Shown piece by piece: positions 36,821 through 44,314 of a DNA stretch of 64,000 nucleotides (positions are counted from its first letter, which is position 1; every line of letters starts with the position of its first letter). The translations under genes were made by a program, and so were the position numbers. Below the pieces are notes generated by a model. That model did not search any database. It saw only the letters and a list, made by a program, of their open reading frames with translations, and had not been told where the DNA came from. The DNA is from Dehalococcoidia bacterium (lineage in GTDB: Bacteria; Chloroflexota; Dehalococcoidia; Lucifugimonadales; Australimonadaceae): assembly GCA_965243745.1 (NCBI GenBank), contig CBDEVR010000002.1, forward strand, positions 903,263 through 967,262. Direction: 5' to 3'.

Positions 36821-37735
36821 CTAGCGGCGGGCGGTGGAGTCCGGGCCCATGTAGATACCACGTTCCCACGTCCGCTTGAGCGGGTCCGACACGTGCAACG
36901 TCATGCTGCCGATGCCCGCCAGCTCGAACTCCACCGTCTCCCCGTCCTGCAGGGGGCCGAGCCCCTCGTGGTTGGTGCCGCAGCTGAGCACGTCGCCCGT
37001 GTTGAGCGTCATGATGCTCGTTGCAAACTCGATCAGCTCCGGCACGCGGTGCTCCATGTCGTCGGTGTTGTAGTCGTGGCGCAGCTGGCCGTCGTTCCAG
37101 AATCGAACGTGCACGTCGTTCGGGTCGGCGATCTCGTCAGCCGTGACGATCACCGGGCCGAGGGGACCGAAGGTGTCGAACGACTTGCCCATCCAGCTGC
37201 CCGCGCGCCAGGTGCGGCGTCCTTCACCGCGAGCCGACACGTCGATCAGGCCGGTGTATCCGAACACCGCGCTCGCGAAGTCTTCCCTGCTCACGTCCTT
37301 TGCCGGGCCCTTGGCAACGATGGCGAGTTCCGCCTCGTGCTGGAAGACCCACGGGTCGGTCGTCGACGGCAGCACGATCGTATCGCCGGGGCCTATGACG
37401 GCGTCAGGCGACTTCAGGAACATGTTGAGGGGGCGGGGCTCCCGCTCGGCGTGCTCCCAGTAGTTGCCGATGCAGCAGAGTATCTTGCTCGGTCTCGGCA
37501 GCGGCGCGCGGAGGCGGAACGAGCCATCCGCATGCGACGGCCCACCTGCAATGATGCGCTCGAAGGCACCGCGCAGCCCTTTGAATCCGTCGATGACGGC
37601 TTCCATGCGCGCCTGCGCCGGCAGGGCAGCGGCATCGCCGAGGGCGGCGGTCAGTTCAGCGACGCCGCCATCAACCACCGTGCCGAGGCGTTGCTGGCCG
37701 GGGGCATCGCTCGTTTCGAACAGGCAGAGTTTCAT
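36821..37735 (-). CDS. Fumarylacetoacetate hydrolase (FAH) family protein
   Basis: 304 aa: ...PSKILCIGNYWEHA-like region, FQHEAELAIV, GKSFDTFGPLGP, DVLSCGT (FAH-family motifs). Confidence 0.88.
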   Translation of the reverse strand: MKLCLFETSDAPGQQRLGTVVDGGVAELTAALGDAAALPAQARMEAVIDGFKGLRGAFERIIAGGPSHADGSFRLRAPLPRPSKILCCIGNYWEHAEREPRPLNMFLKSPDAVIGPGDTIVLPSTTDPWVFQHEAELAIVAKGPAKDVSREDFASAVFGYTGLIDVSARGEGRRTWRAGSWMGKSFDTFGPLGPVIVTADEIADPNDVHVRFWNDGQLRHDYNTDDMEHRVPELIEFATSIMTLNTGDVLSCGTNHEGLGPLQDGETVEFELAGIGSMTLHVSDPLKRTWERGIYMGPDSTARR

Positions 37736-37785
37736 CTCTCTTCTCCTTGTGGTTCGTTCTCAGAACTATCGCATAACCAAGGGGA

Positions 37786-38075
37786 AGGACCACAAGGGCG
37801 CCCACAAGGGACGCCCCTACACCAGGTGCCGCGTCTCCCCGCCGGTTCACCCTCACCCTCGCACTGGCGCGCGTTTCCCTCTCCCAGAGGGCGAGGGGAG
37901 CCTTCCGTTCCTCCCCCAGAGTACCCTCACCCTAACCCTCTCCCCTCAAGGGAGAGGGGACCAACGCCGCTTCCACCCACCAGCCCCACCGCGTGACCTG
38001 CCCGGTCACTCTGGATTCCCGCCGGTGCGGGAATGACGGGGGAAGCGGAGTGACGGAAGGGGTGGGAATGACGGG
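37786..38075. repeat. REP-like mosaic array (E, A', A, B, B fragment)
   Basis: CACAAGGGCGCCCACAAGGGACGCCCCTACACCAGG; TTCACCCTCACCCTCGCACTGGCGCGCGTTTCCCTCTCCCAGAGGGCGAGGGG; CCCTCTCCC-ctcaa-GGGAGAGGG at 37936-37958; CTGGATTCCCGC-cggt-GCGGGAATGACG at 38011-38037. Confidence 0.9.
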
Positions 38076-38079
38076 ATCG

Positions 38080-38724
38080 TCACTCCTCGTGGGCGAAGGT
38101 GAGGCCGTAGACCCGCGACGCACCGGCCGACAGCAGTGCGCTCGCAGCGGCGGAGAGCGTCGCGCCGGTGGTGGTGACGTCGTCCACGAGGACGATGGTC
38201 TCGCCGTCGAGCGGACCCGTGGAAGCGAACGCGTCGCGCACGTTCCGCAGGCGGTCTGCCCGGTTCGACGTGTCGACCTGCGACGACGTGTCCTTCGTGC
38301 GGCGCAACGCGCGGGTCGCAAGCGGGGCGTCGAGCACCCGCGCAACCTCCCGCGCGAGCAGCTCGGCCTGGTTGAAGCCGCGCTCGCGCAGACGCTTCGG
38401 ATGCAGCGGGACGGGCACGAACGCGAACGGCGGCGGGACGGTGACCGCCGCCTCCCACGCCATCAGGCGCGCCATCTCCGGTGCGAGCGCGCGCACGCCG
38501 CGGTACTTGAGGTGCTGCACCGCGGTCCTCGCCACGCCCTCGTAGGCGAGCGGCGTCAGCACGTCGGCGAGCGGACCGCTCTCAGGCGGCGGCGCCGGCG
38601 ATGGACGCTTAGCCTGTGTAAGACACGTCGCACAGAGGTACGCGCCGCTCCTGCCGCAGCCGACGCAGCGGACGGGGAAGAGCACGTCGAGCGTGGAGCG
38701 GAGGATGTTGGAGACGATGCGCAT
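38080..38724 (-). CDS. comF: ComF-family phosphoribosyltransferase-domain protein
   Basis: 214 aa. N-terminal Zn-finger-like CVGCG...CATC, then ...RGFNQAELLA... and the PRTase motif IVLVDDVTTTGATL. Confidence 0.88.
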   Translation of the reverse strand: MRIVSNILRSTLDVLFPVRCVGCGRSGAYLCATCLTQAKRPSPAPPPESGPLADVLTPLAYEGVARTAVQHLKYRGVRALAPEMARLMAWEAAVTVPPPFAFVPVPLHPKRLRERGFNQAELLAREVARVLDAPLATRALRRTKDTSSQVDTSNRADRLRNVRDAFASTGPLDGETIVLVDDVTTTGATLSAAASALLSAGASRVYGLTFAHEE

Positions 38725-38726
38725 GG

Positions 38727-38982
38727 AACCCTCACCCCCGGCCCCTCTCCCAGAGGGCGAGGGGAGCCCAGCAAGGCGCCCGAGAGATGCTTCGACTCCG
38801 CTGTGCTCCGCTCAGCATGACAACCCCCCATTCCCGCCAGCCCCACCGCGTGCGCTGCCCGCGCACCCTGGATTCCCGCCGGTGCGGGAATGACGAAGCA
38901 TCCCAGCCATGCCCAACTCCAGGCTGCGAGGTTCCCGCCCCCGCTTCCACGAGGGTGACTTCCCTGCGCGGGAATGACGGAA
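38727..38982. repeat. REP-like mosaic array (A', D, B, C, B fragment)
   Basis: CCCTCACCCCCGGCCCCTCTCCCAGAGGGCGAGGGG; CCCGAGAGATGCTTCGACTCCGCTGTGCTCCGCTCAGCATGACAA; ...CTGGATTCCCGCCGGTGCGGGAATGACG; GCGAGGTTCCCGCCCCCGCTTCCACGAGG; CCTGCGCGGGAATGACGG. Confidence 0.9.
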
Positions 38983-39013
38983 GGGGGCAGTGCATCATGG
39001 TAGGCTGAACCGC

Positions 39014-39727
39014 ATGATACGGGCCGTGTTCTTCGACTTCTACGGCACGCTGGCCGACTGGCCGACGGCGGAGGGGCTGCAGCAGGCAGCGGCCGCAGCC
39101 GAGGGCATCGTTGTCGGTCAAGCCGCCATCGCGAGCGCCTACCGCACGGCGAACGCCTACATGGACGCGGAGAACGCGAGGCAGCCCGTGCAGCAGCGGA
39201 CGCAGGCCGAACGGGACGCGTTCTTCGCGGAGTACGAGCGCCGGCTCCTCGCCGACGCCGGCGCGCCGGACGTGAGTCTCGACGTTGCGGCGCGCGTCTG
39301 GCAGCGCGTCCGCGGCGCACCCGACGAGCTGACGCTCCTCCCCGACGCAATGTCCGCGCTCGAAGAACTGCGGGCGCTGGGCCTCACGCTCGGCGTCATC
39401 TCCAACATGGGGTTGGAGTTGAACGGACTGCTGGAACGGCTGGGCATCGGCGGATACCTGCCCGTGCGCTCCACCACCGGGAGCGCGGGCGTGAGCAAGC
39501 CGCACCCGCGCATCTTCCAACTGGCGCTCACGCAGGCGGGCGCGCAGCCCGCCGAGGCCGTACACATCGGCGACAGCATCGGGGCAGACGTGGAGGGAGC
39601 GCGCAGCGCGGGGATCACGCCGGTGTTCGTGCAGCGGACGCCGGGTCCCTCCGCGCCGGACGGCGTAGCGGTCGTGGGGTCGCTGACGGAGGCCGCAGCG
39701 CACGTGCGGTCGCTGCTGGGAGGCTGA
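39014..39727 (+). CDS. HAD-superfamily hydrolase
   Basis: MIRAVFFDFYGTLADW (DxDxT-type motif I) ... ISNMG ... HIGDSIGADVEGA (motif IV). Confidence 0.85.
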   Translation: MIRAVFFDFYGTLADWPTAEGLQQAAAAAEGIVVGQAAIASAYRTANAYMDAENARQPVQQRTQAERDAFFAEYERRLLADAGAPDVSLDVAARVWQRVRGAPDELTLLPDAMSALEELRALGLTLGVISNMGLELNGLLERLGIGGYLPVRSTTGSAGVSKPHPRIFQLALTQAGAQPAEAVHIGDSIGADVEGARSAGITPVFVQRTPGPSAPDGVAVVGSLTEAAAHVRSLLGG

Positions 39728-39742
39728 GGTGGAAGCACCGCG

Positions 39743-39818
39743 GTGGTTCGACAGGCTCACCATGAGCGAAACAAGCGCACAGGTTGCGCGGTTCCTGCCT
39801 GCGCAGGAACGACGGGGG
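39743..39818. repeat. REP-like units (FDKL-type unit + family C hairpin)
   Basis: GTGGTTCGACAGGCTCACCATGAGCGAAACAAGCGCAC then GGTTGCGCGGTTCCTGC-ctgc-GCAGGAACGACGG (stem 39792-39798/39803-39809). Confidence 0.8.
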
Positions 39819-39822
39819 TGAC

Positions 39823-40668
39823 GTGAACCGCATCGTGCTCGGCGACAACATGGACGTGCTGCCGGCCATCGAGGACGGCGCGGCTGCGCTGATCTACATC
39901 GACCCGCCGTTCAACACGGGAAAGGAGCAGCGGCGCGAGCGCCTGCGGACGGTGCGAGACGACGAGCACGGCGACCGCACCGGGTTCCAGGGCAGGCGCT
40001 ACCGGACGGTGCGGCTCGGCGCGCAGTCGTTCGACGACGTCTTCGACAACTTCCTCGCGTTCCTGGAGCCGCGGCTCGTCGAGGCGTACCGCATCCTCTC
40101 ACCGACGGGGTCGTTCTTCCTGCACATCGACTACCGGGAGGCGCACTACTGCAAGGTGCTGCTCGACGCGCTGTTCGGACGCGAGTGCTTCATGAACGAG
40201 ATCATCTGGGCGTACGACTACGGCGGCAGGCCGAAGAACCGCTGGCCCGCCAAGCACGATACGCTGCTCTGGTACGCGAAGGACCCGGCGCGGTACACGT
40301 TCCACCACGACGCGATAGACCGCGTGCCCTACATGGCCCCCGGGCTGGCAGGCGCGGAGAAAGCGGCGCGCGGGAAGATCCCCACCGACGTGTGGTGGCA
40401 GACGATCGTTCCTACGGTCGGACGCGAGCGCACCGGCTACCCGACGCAGAAGCCCATCGCCATCCTGGACCGCATCGTGCGGGTGCACTCAAACCCCGGC
40501 GACCTGGTGCTGGACTTCTTCGCGGGGTCGGGGACGACGGGCGAGGCCGCGGCGCGCAACGGCAGGCGCTACCTGCTCATCGACAGCAATCCGGAGGCCG
40601 TGCGGGTCATGGCGGAGCGGCTCGCGTTCAGCGGGCCGGAGGTGGTGGGGAGAGGGCCCTCACCCTAA
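39823..40668 (+). CDS. Beta-class N6-adenine/N4-cytosine DNA methyltransferase (orphan)
   Basis: Motif IV IYIDPPFNTG precedes motif I LVLDFFAGSGTTGEAA (beta-class order), with PTQKP in between. GTG 39823 is the proposed start. The TAA stop lies inside a family A repeat. Confidence 0.85.
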   Translation: MNRIVLGDNMDVLPAIEDGAAALIYIDPPFNTGKEQRRERLRTVRDDEHGDRTGFQGRRYRTVRLGAQSFDDVFDNFLAFLEPRLVEAYRILSPTGSFFLHIDYREAHYCKVLLDALFGRECFMNEIIWAYDYGGRPKNRWPAKHDTLLWYAKDPARYTFHHDAIDRVPYMAPGLAGAEKAARGKIPTDVWWQTIVPTVGRERTGYPTQKPIAILDRIVRVHSNPGDLVLDFFAGSGTTGEAAARNGRRYLLIDSNPEAVRVMAERLAFSGPEVVGRGPSP

Positions 40669-40902
40669 CCCTCTCCCCCAGGAGAGGGGGATATGGCAAT
40701 TCCCAGGGAGAGGGCGCGTAGAAGCGTGGACCAGGCGAGGTTCCTGCCTTCGCAGGAACGACGGAGCGTCCCGCTCCGCCAACCCTCACCCACACGCTGA
40801 AGCGCGTTGCCCTCTCCCAAGGGGCGAGGGATCAGCCTCCTCCCATAACCCAGCCTCCCCCTGCGACCTGACGGTCGCTCTGGATTCCCGCCGGTGCGGG
40901 AA
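40655..40902. repeat. REP-like mosaic array (A, C, A', B)
   Basis: CCCTCACCCTAACCCTCTCCCCCAGGAGAGGGGG; GAGGTTCCTGC-cttc-GCAGGAACGACGG (40741-40758); CCCTCACCCACACGCTGAAGCGCGTTGCCCTCTCCCAAGGGGCGAGGG; CTGGATTCCCGC-cggt-GCGGGAATGACG (40885-40902). Confidence 0.9.
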
Positions 40903-40944
40903 TGACGAACGCCATTTCCGCACCGACGGGTTACCACCCTGCGG

Positions 40945-42270
40945 CTACGAGTGCTTCACGTTGTACTGCAGCGCGGTGTGGGTCGCGTTGGCGCGGTCGC
41001 CGGAGCGCTCCGCGAACGCCACGCGCATGCTGACGACCATGACGTTCTGGCGCTTCTGGATGTCGCGCTCCGTCTCGATGAGCAGCTCGCGCTTGAAGCC
41101 CTTGCGCCACTGCGTGCGGTTCAACAGCAGCAGACGCCCGGTGTTCGCAACGTTGCCGTCCGAGGTGATCCTGCCGTCCGAGTCCGCGAGCCGCAGCTGC
41201 TCCGACACGATGACGGGCACGCCCTCGACCGCGCCCAGTTGCCCGGTGAGCAGGGTCGCGCGCGGGCCGAGCTTGTCCAGGGTCTGGAAGCTGTCCACCG
41301 CCTGCATGGCGATGTACGTGCCCACGTCCGTGACGAACGCCAGTTCCGACGGGCGCACGCCGTACTTGCCCAGCATCCGCCGCAACTGGTTGAACATGTC
41401 CACGGTCGGCTTCGCGTTGAAGTTGCTCTTCATCGCCGTGTTGTCCACCAGCGGCAGGTGCAGCAGGCCATCGAAGCCCAGCAGGTAGTGCGCCTTGCCC
41501 GCGGCGGAGGGGGCGAGGGTCCCGCCGTCGTGGTTGATGTTGGACGAGGTGGTCACGTCCGCGTTCAGCAGCACGTCGTCCAGCACCTGCGCCGCGTTGC
41601 GGAGCAAGGTGGAACGCACCTCCGCCATCATCGCGACGACGGCGTCCTCGTCCAGCTCGTAGGCCCACGGCACCATGCCGACGAGCTCGTGCGCCGTCAG
41701 CGTCTGCTTGGCGGTCTTGAGGTCCGTGGCAGTGGTGGCCGTGTTCGCCGTACCCGGGTACCAGTCGACGTCGCCCAGCTGCAGCGGCACGTCGAACGGG
41801 TTGGACGGCATCGTGACCGTCTCGAAGAGCGAGGCGACCGCGGTCTCGATGTTCACGTCCGCCCACAACTGGCGCGCCTCCTCCTGCGGGACCAGCTCGT
41901 CGCCCGCGCCCGCGGTGGTGGAGTCCATCGCCTTGGCGACGCTCTCCTGCCATGCGCGGAGCGCTCGCGGGTCGTAGTCCTGCGGGCGCGCCTGCTGCGC
42001 CGCGAGCAGGCTCCGCATCACGGCGAGGTCCACGAGGTCGAACCCGTCGAGCTTCCCGCCGCGCACGCGGACGCGATCGTTCGACGTCCGGCCCAGCAGC
42101 GCGTCGCGCCGTACCGAACGGTCGTGCTCCAGCACGCGGCGCACTTCGCCCGCGAGCCGTTCCTGCTCCTCGCGCATGAGCGTCAGCTCCTTCGTCACGG
42201 GGCCGAGCCGCTCGCGCACGAACTCCTGCGTCTCCACTATCTCCTTCTGCATCTCGTCTATCGCAGACAT
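40945..42270 (-). CDS. HK97-fold phage-type major capsid protein with N-terminal coiled-coil (delta-domain-like) region
   Basis: 441 aa. SD AGGAGG. The N-terminal ~100 aa is charged/helical (MSAIDEMQKEIVETQEFVRERL...EEQERLAGEVRR). The remainder resembles the Phage_capsid/HK97 family (...ELVPQE...WADV..., ...GVPVIVSEQL..., ...LLLLNRTQWRKGFKRELLIE...). Confidence 0.85.
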   Translation of the reverse strand: MSAIDEMQKEIVETQEFVRERLGPVTKELTLMREEQERLAGEVRRVLEHDRSVRRDALLGRTSNDRVRVRGGKLDGFDLVDLAVMRSLLAAQQARPQDYDPRALRAWQESVAKAMDSTTAGAGDELVPQEEARQLWADVNIETAVASLFETVTMPSNPFDVPLQLGDVDWYPGTANTATTATDLKTAKQTLTAHELVGMVPWAYELDEDAVVAMMAEVRSTLLRNAAQVLDDVLLNADVTTSSNINHDGGTLAPSAAGKAHYLLGFDGLLHLPLVDNTAMKSNFNAKPTVDMFNQLRRMLGKYGVRPSELAFVTDVGTYIAMQAVDSFQTLDKLGPRATLLTGQLGAVEGVPVIVSEQLRLADSDGRITSDGNVANTGRLLLLNRTQWRKGFKRELLIETERDIQKRQNVMVVSMRVAFAERSGDRANATHTALQYNVKHS

Positions 42271-42289
42271 CTCTCCTCCTTCTGTGGGA

Positions 42290-42538
42290 TCAGTTCTCCT
42301 GTTCGATGACCGGCGCGGCCTCTATGGCCCCGGCCAGTGCTTCGCCGAACCTGCGCGCCGACGACGCCAGCGCATCCCGCTCGGCCACGGTCAGGCCGTC
42401 CGGGGCGGCGCGGACCGACTCGCGCATCAGCCGCGCTCCGGTCTCCAGCGCTTCGGCGGCATCCGGCGCAACCCGGCAGAGGCCGTCCACCAGCCGCGCC
42501 GCCTGCAACGCCACGCGCACCACCTGTGCTATCCGCAT
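42290..42538 (-). CDS. Hypothetical 82 aa Ala/Arg-rich protein between protease and capsid genes
   Basis: ATG with AGGAGG 6 nt upstream (complement of 42545-42550). The stop lies 19 nt before the capsid ATG. No recognisable family. Confidence 0.55.
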   Translation of the reverse strand: MRIAQVVRVALQAARLVDGLCRVAPDAAEALETGARLMRESVRAAPDGLTVAERDALASSARRFGEALAGAIEAAPVIEQEN

Positions 42539-42575
42539 CGCTCTCCTCCTTTCCCGGCCCGAGGGCCGTTTTGTT

Positions 42576-42772
42576 TAACCCTCACCCTCGCGCTGACGCG
42601 CGTTTCCCTCTCCCAGAGGGGGAGGGGAGTCCCGAGAGATCCCTCGACTCCGCTACGCTGCGCTCGGAATGACAACCTCCACGCCTCCCCGCCGGTTCAC
42701 CCTCACCCCCAACCCTCTCCCCTCGAGGGAGAGGGGGTCAGACAGCGCGCCCGCAGGGGACGTCCCTACGCC
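42576..42772. repeat. REP-like mosaic array inside the protease-capsid operon (A', D, A, E)
   Basis: CCCTCACCCTCGCGCTGACGCGCGTTTCCCTCTCCCAGAGGGGGAGGGG; CCCGAGAGATCCCTCGACTCCGCTACGCTGCGCTCGGAATGACAA; CCCTCTCCC-ctcga-GGGAGAGGG (42713-42735); palindrome AGGGGACGTCCCT (42755-42767). Confidence 0.9.
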
Positions 42773-43455
42773 GAGACAAGGCTGCGCAGACGGCGGAGTT
42801 CGCTCAGGACACGCTGGGCGTCCTCCGGCGCGATGTATGAGGCTGGTAGGTCGAACGTGAACAGCGGACGCAGCCGCGGCGCCTCGAGCCCGCCCTCGAG
42901 CGCCTTCGCCAGTGCGTGCGGGTTCGCGGGCACCGGCACCGCGCTCAGCTCCAGCAGCTCCTGCTTCGTGTACTCGACGCCGTCCACCGAGCCGTCACGG
43001 CTCTTCCGGAATGAGAACTCCCTGGCGCGGAAGCCGACACTCACGGCGCGTAAGAACCGCTGCCGGTAGAGCAACTCGACCTCCCGGGTGAACGCTGTGG
43101 GAGCGAACTCCACGGTCGCCATCAGCTTCGCGCCGTCCACGCCCACCCACGAACAGCGCCCGATCGGCGTGCGGGTGTAGTCGTGCGCCCACAGGAAGAC
43201 GGGGTTGTGCTTGTAGGCGTCCAGGTCCCAGCCGCCGGCGCGTACGACGTCGCCCAGGCGGTCGGGCGACTCATCCGACGCCACGACCGTCAGCGGGCGG
43301 TCCTCGTTGGGCGCGACGGCGCGGCAGACCGAGAACCGCTGCACCACCGGCGCGTCGGCCAGCCCCCGCCGGTACGCCTCCAGCGACTCCAGCAGCCGCT
43401 CACGCTCCCACCGCTCACGCTCGCTGACACCCGCGCTCACCTCGTACGACTCCAT
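42766..43455 (-). CDS. HK97-family prohead (capsid maturation) serine protease
   Basis: 229 aa. SD AGGAGG. ...NPVFLWAHDYTRTPIG..., ...LRAVSVGF..., ...ELLELSAVPVPANPHA... match prohead-protease (S78/U35-type) motifs, including candidate catalytic His and Ser. Confidence 0.85.
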   Translation of the reverse strand: MESYEVSAGVSERERWERERLLESLEAYRRGLADAPVVQRFSVCRAVAPNEDRPLTVVASDESPDRLGDVVRAGGWDLDAYKHNPVFLWAHDYTRTPIGRCSWVGVDGAKLMATVEFAPTAFTREVELLYRQRFLRAVSVGFRAREFSFRKSRDGSVDGVEYTKQELLELSAVPVPANPHALAKALEGGLEAPRLRPLFTFDLPASYIAPEDAQRVLSELRRLRSLVSA

Positions 43456-43501
43456 GCCTCTGCCTCCTGTGTGTCCGCCGCGGGTGAACGTCCCGGAAAC
43501 G

Positions 43502-43534
43502 AAAAAAGCCCCGGCCCTTTCTCAAGGCCGGGGC
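43502..43534 (-). terminator. Intrinsic terminator on the minus strand, 46 nt upstream of the protease ATG
   Basis: The minus strand reads GCCCCGGCC-ttgagaaa-GGCCGGGGC followed by TTTTTTCGTTT (9 bp GC stem + T6). Confidence 0.75.
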
Positions 43535-43645
43535 TCGTCCCCGTTCATGCGTCTCATCCGGCGAACTTCGGTTGTTGGGATCAGGTTAGCGCACTATCGT
43601 CAATCGCGAAACCAGCCGGTGTCACAAATCTGACTTGTGGATACG

Positions 43646-43736
43646 GAAGGGACCAGACACCTACCCGCGCCCCACCGGGTGCCCTCACCCACGCGCTGAA
43701 GCGCGTTGCCCTCTCCCTCAGGAGAGGGGACCAACC
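43646..43736. repeat. REP-like units (A 3' fragment + A')
   Basis: GGAAGGGACCAGACAC then ...GCCCTCACCCACGCGCTGAAGCGCGTTGCCCTCTCCCTCAGGAGAGGGGACCAACC. Overlaps the thpR stop codon. Confidence 0.85.
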
Positions 43737-44314
43737 GCCAGCCGGGCCGACGCAAGGCGTGTGTAGACCGCGCCGGTGGGGAGCAGGTCGCTGTGGTACA
43801 GTCCGACCTCCTCCACCGCGAAGGGCACAGGACGAACGTCCAGCGCCGCGACGGCCTCGCGCAGCGCGTGCGACTCGTCCCGCGACAGCCTCGTGTTAAC
43901 CCGTGCGAGCGTGACGTGCGGCGCGAAGGCGCGGTCGTCGTTCGGGACGCCAGCCTCAGCGAGCGAGCGCTCGACGCGGTCGCGCAGGCCAATCAGCGCA
44001 TCGACCGCGCCGCCGACACCCGCCCACAGCACACGAGGGGCGCCTCGCGGCGGGAAGACGCCTGCGCCCGCCAGCGACAGCTCGAACGGGGCGATGCCAT
44101 CGGCGGCGTGGGTGATCGCCTCGCCGAGCGCCGACGTCGCGTCCGGCGGCGTGCTACCGATGAACCGTAGCGTGAGGTGCGCGCCGTCCACGTTCGCCCA
44201 CCGCGTGCCGCGCGGCGCGAATGCCCGCATCTCGCCAGCGACGCGCTTCAATTCGGTGCGGACCTCGTCGGGGAAGGCGAGCGCGACGAAGAGGCGGAGG
44301 ATACCGTCAGCCAA
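43718..44314 (-). CDS. thpR: RNA 2',3'-cyclic phosphodiesterase (2H family, LigT/ThpR)
   Basis: ...LRLFVALAFPDEV... with the two H-x-T-x motifs HLTLRF and HVTLAR. Proposed TTG start at 44314; the longer track ORF (to 44440) would overlap the upstream gene. Confidence 0.82.
   Translation of the reverse strand: MADGILRLFVALAFPDEVRTELKRVAGEMRAFAPRGTRWANVDGAHLTLRFIGSTPPDATSALGEAITHAADGIAPFELSLAGAGVFPPRGAPRVLWAGVGGAVDALIGLRDRVERSLAEAGVPNDDRAFAPHVTLARVNTRLSRDESHALREAVAALDVRPVPFAVEEVGLYHSDLLPTGAVYTRLASARLAVGPLS

Noticed and set aside
36378-38893. Several 60-190 aa ORFs in the intergenic gaps (e.g. 36378..36788, 36403..36642, 37464..38036, 38693..38893)
   Set aside because: They are built entirely from REP-like units, and their peptides (SPLPxGEG, FGKLRAGS, LDSRRCGNDG) recur wherever the repeats recur. 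They are artefacts of repeats in stop-poor DNA.
40945-42270. Calling the capsid-fold protein a classical family-1 encapsulin
   Set aside because: At 441 aa with a delta-domain-like N-terminus and a cognate prohead protease, it is a phage-type major capsid protein. Known encapsulin shells lack both features, so only an encapsulin-like domestication hypothesis is retained.
42555-42576. Plus-strand terminator-like element CGGCC-cgag-GGCCG + TTTTGTTT just upstream (in minus-strand sense) of ORF82
   Set aside because: It has only a 5 bp stem, and it faces a direction in which no plus-strand gene needs termination. It could be incidental, so it is not reported as a feature.
43622-43640. Operator-like palindrome CACAA-atctgac-TTGTG in the leader upstream of the protease gene
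   Set aside because: The arms are only 5 bp and the flanking bases do not extend the symmetry, so it is too weak to claim.
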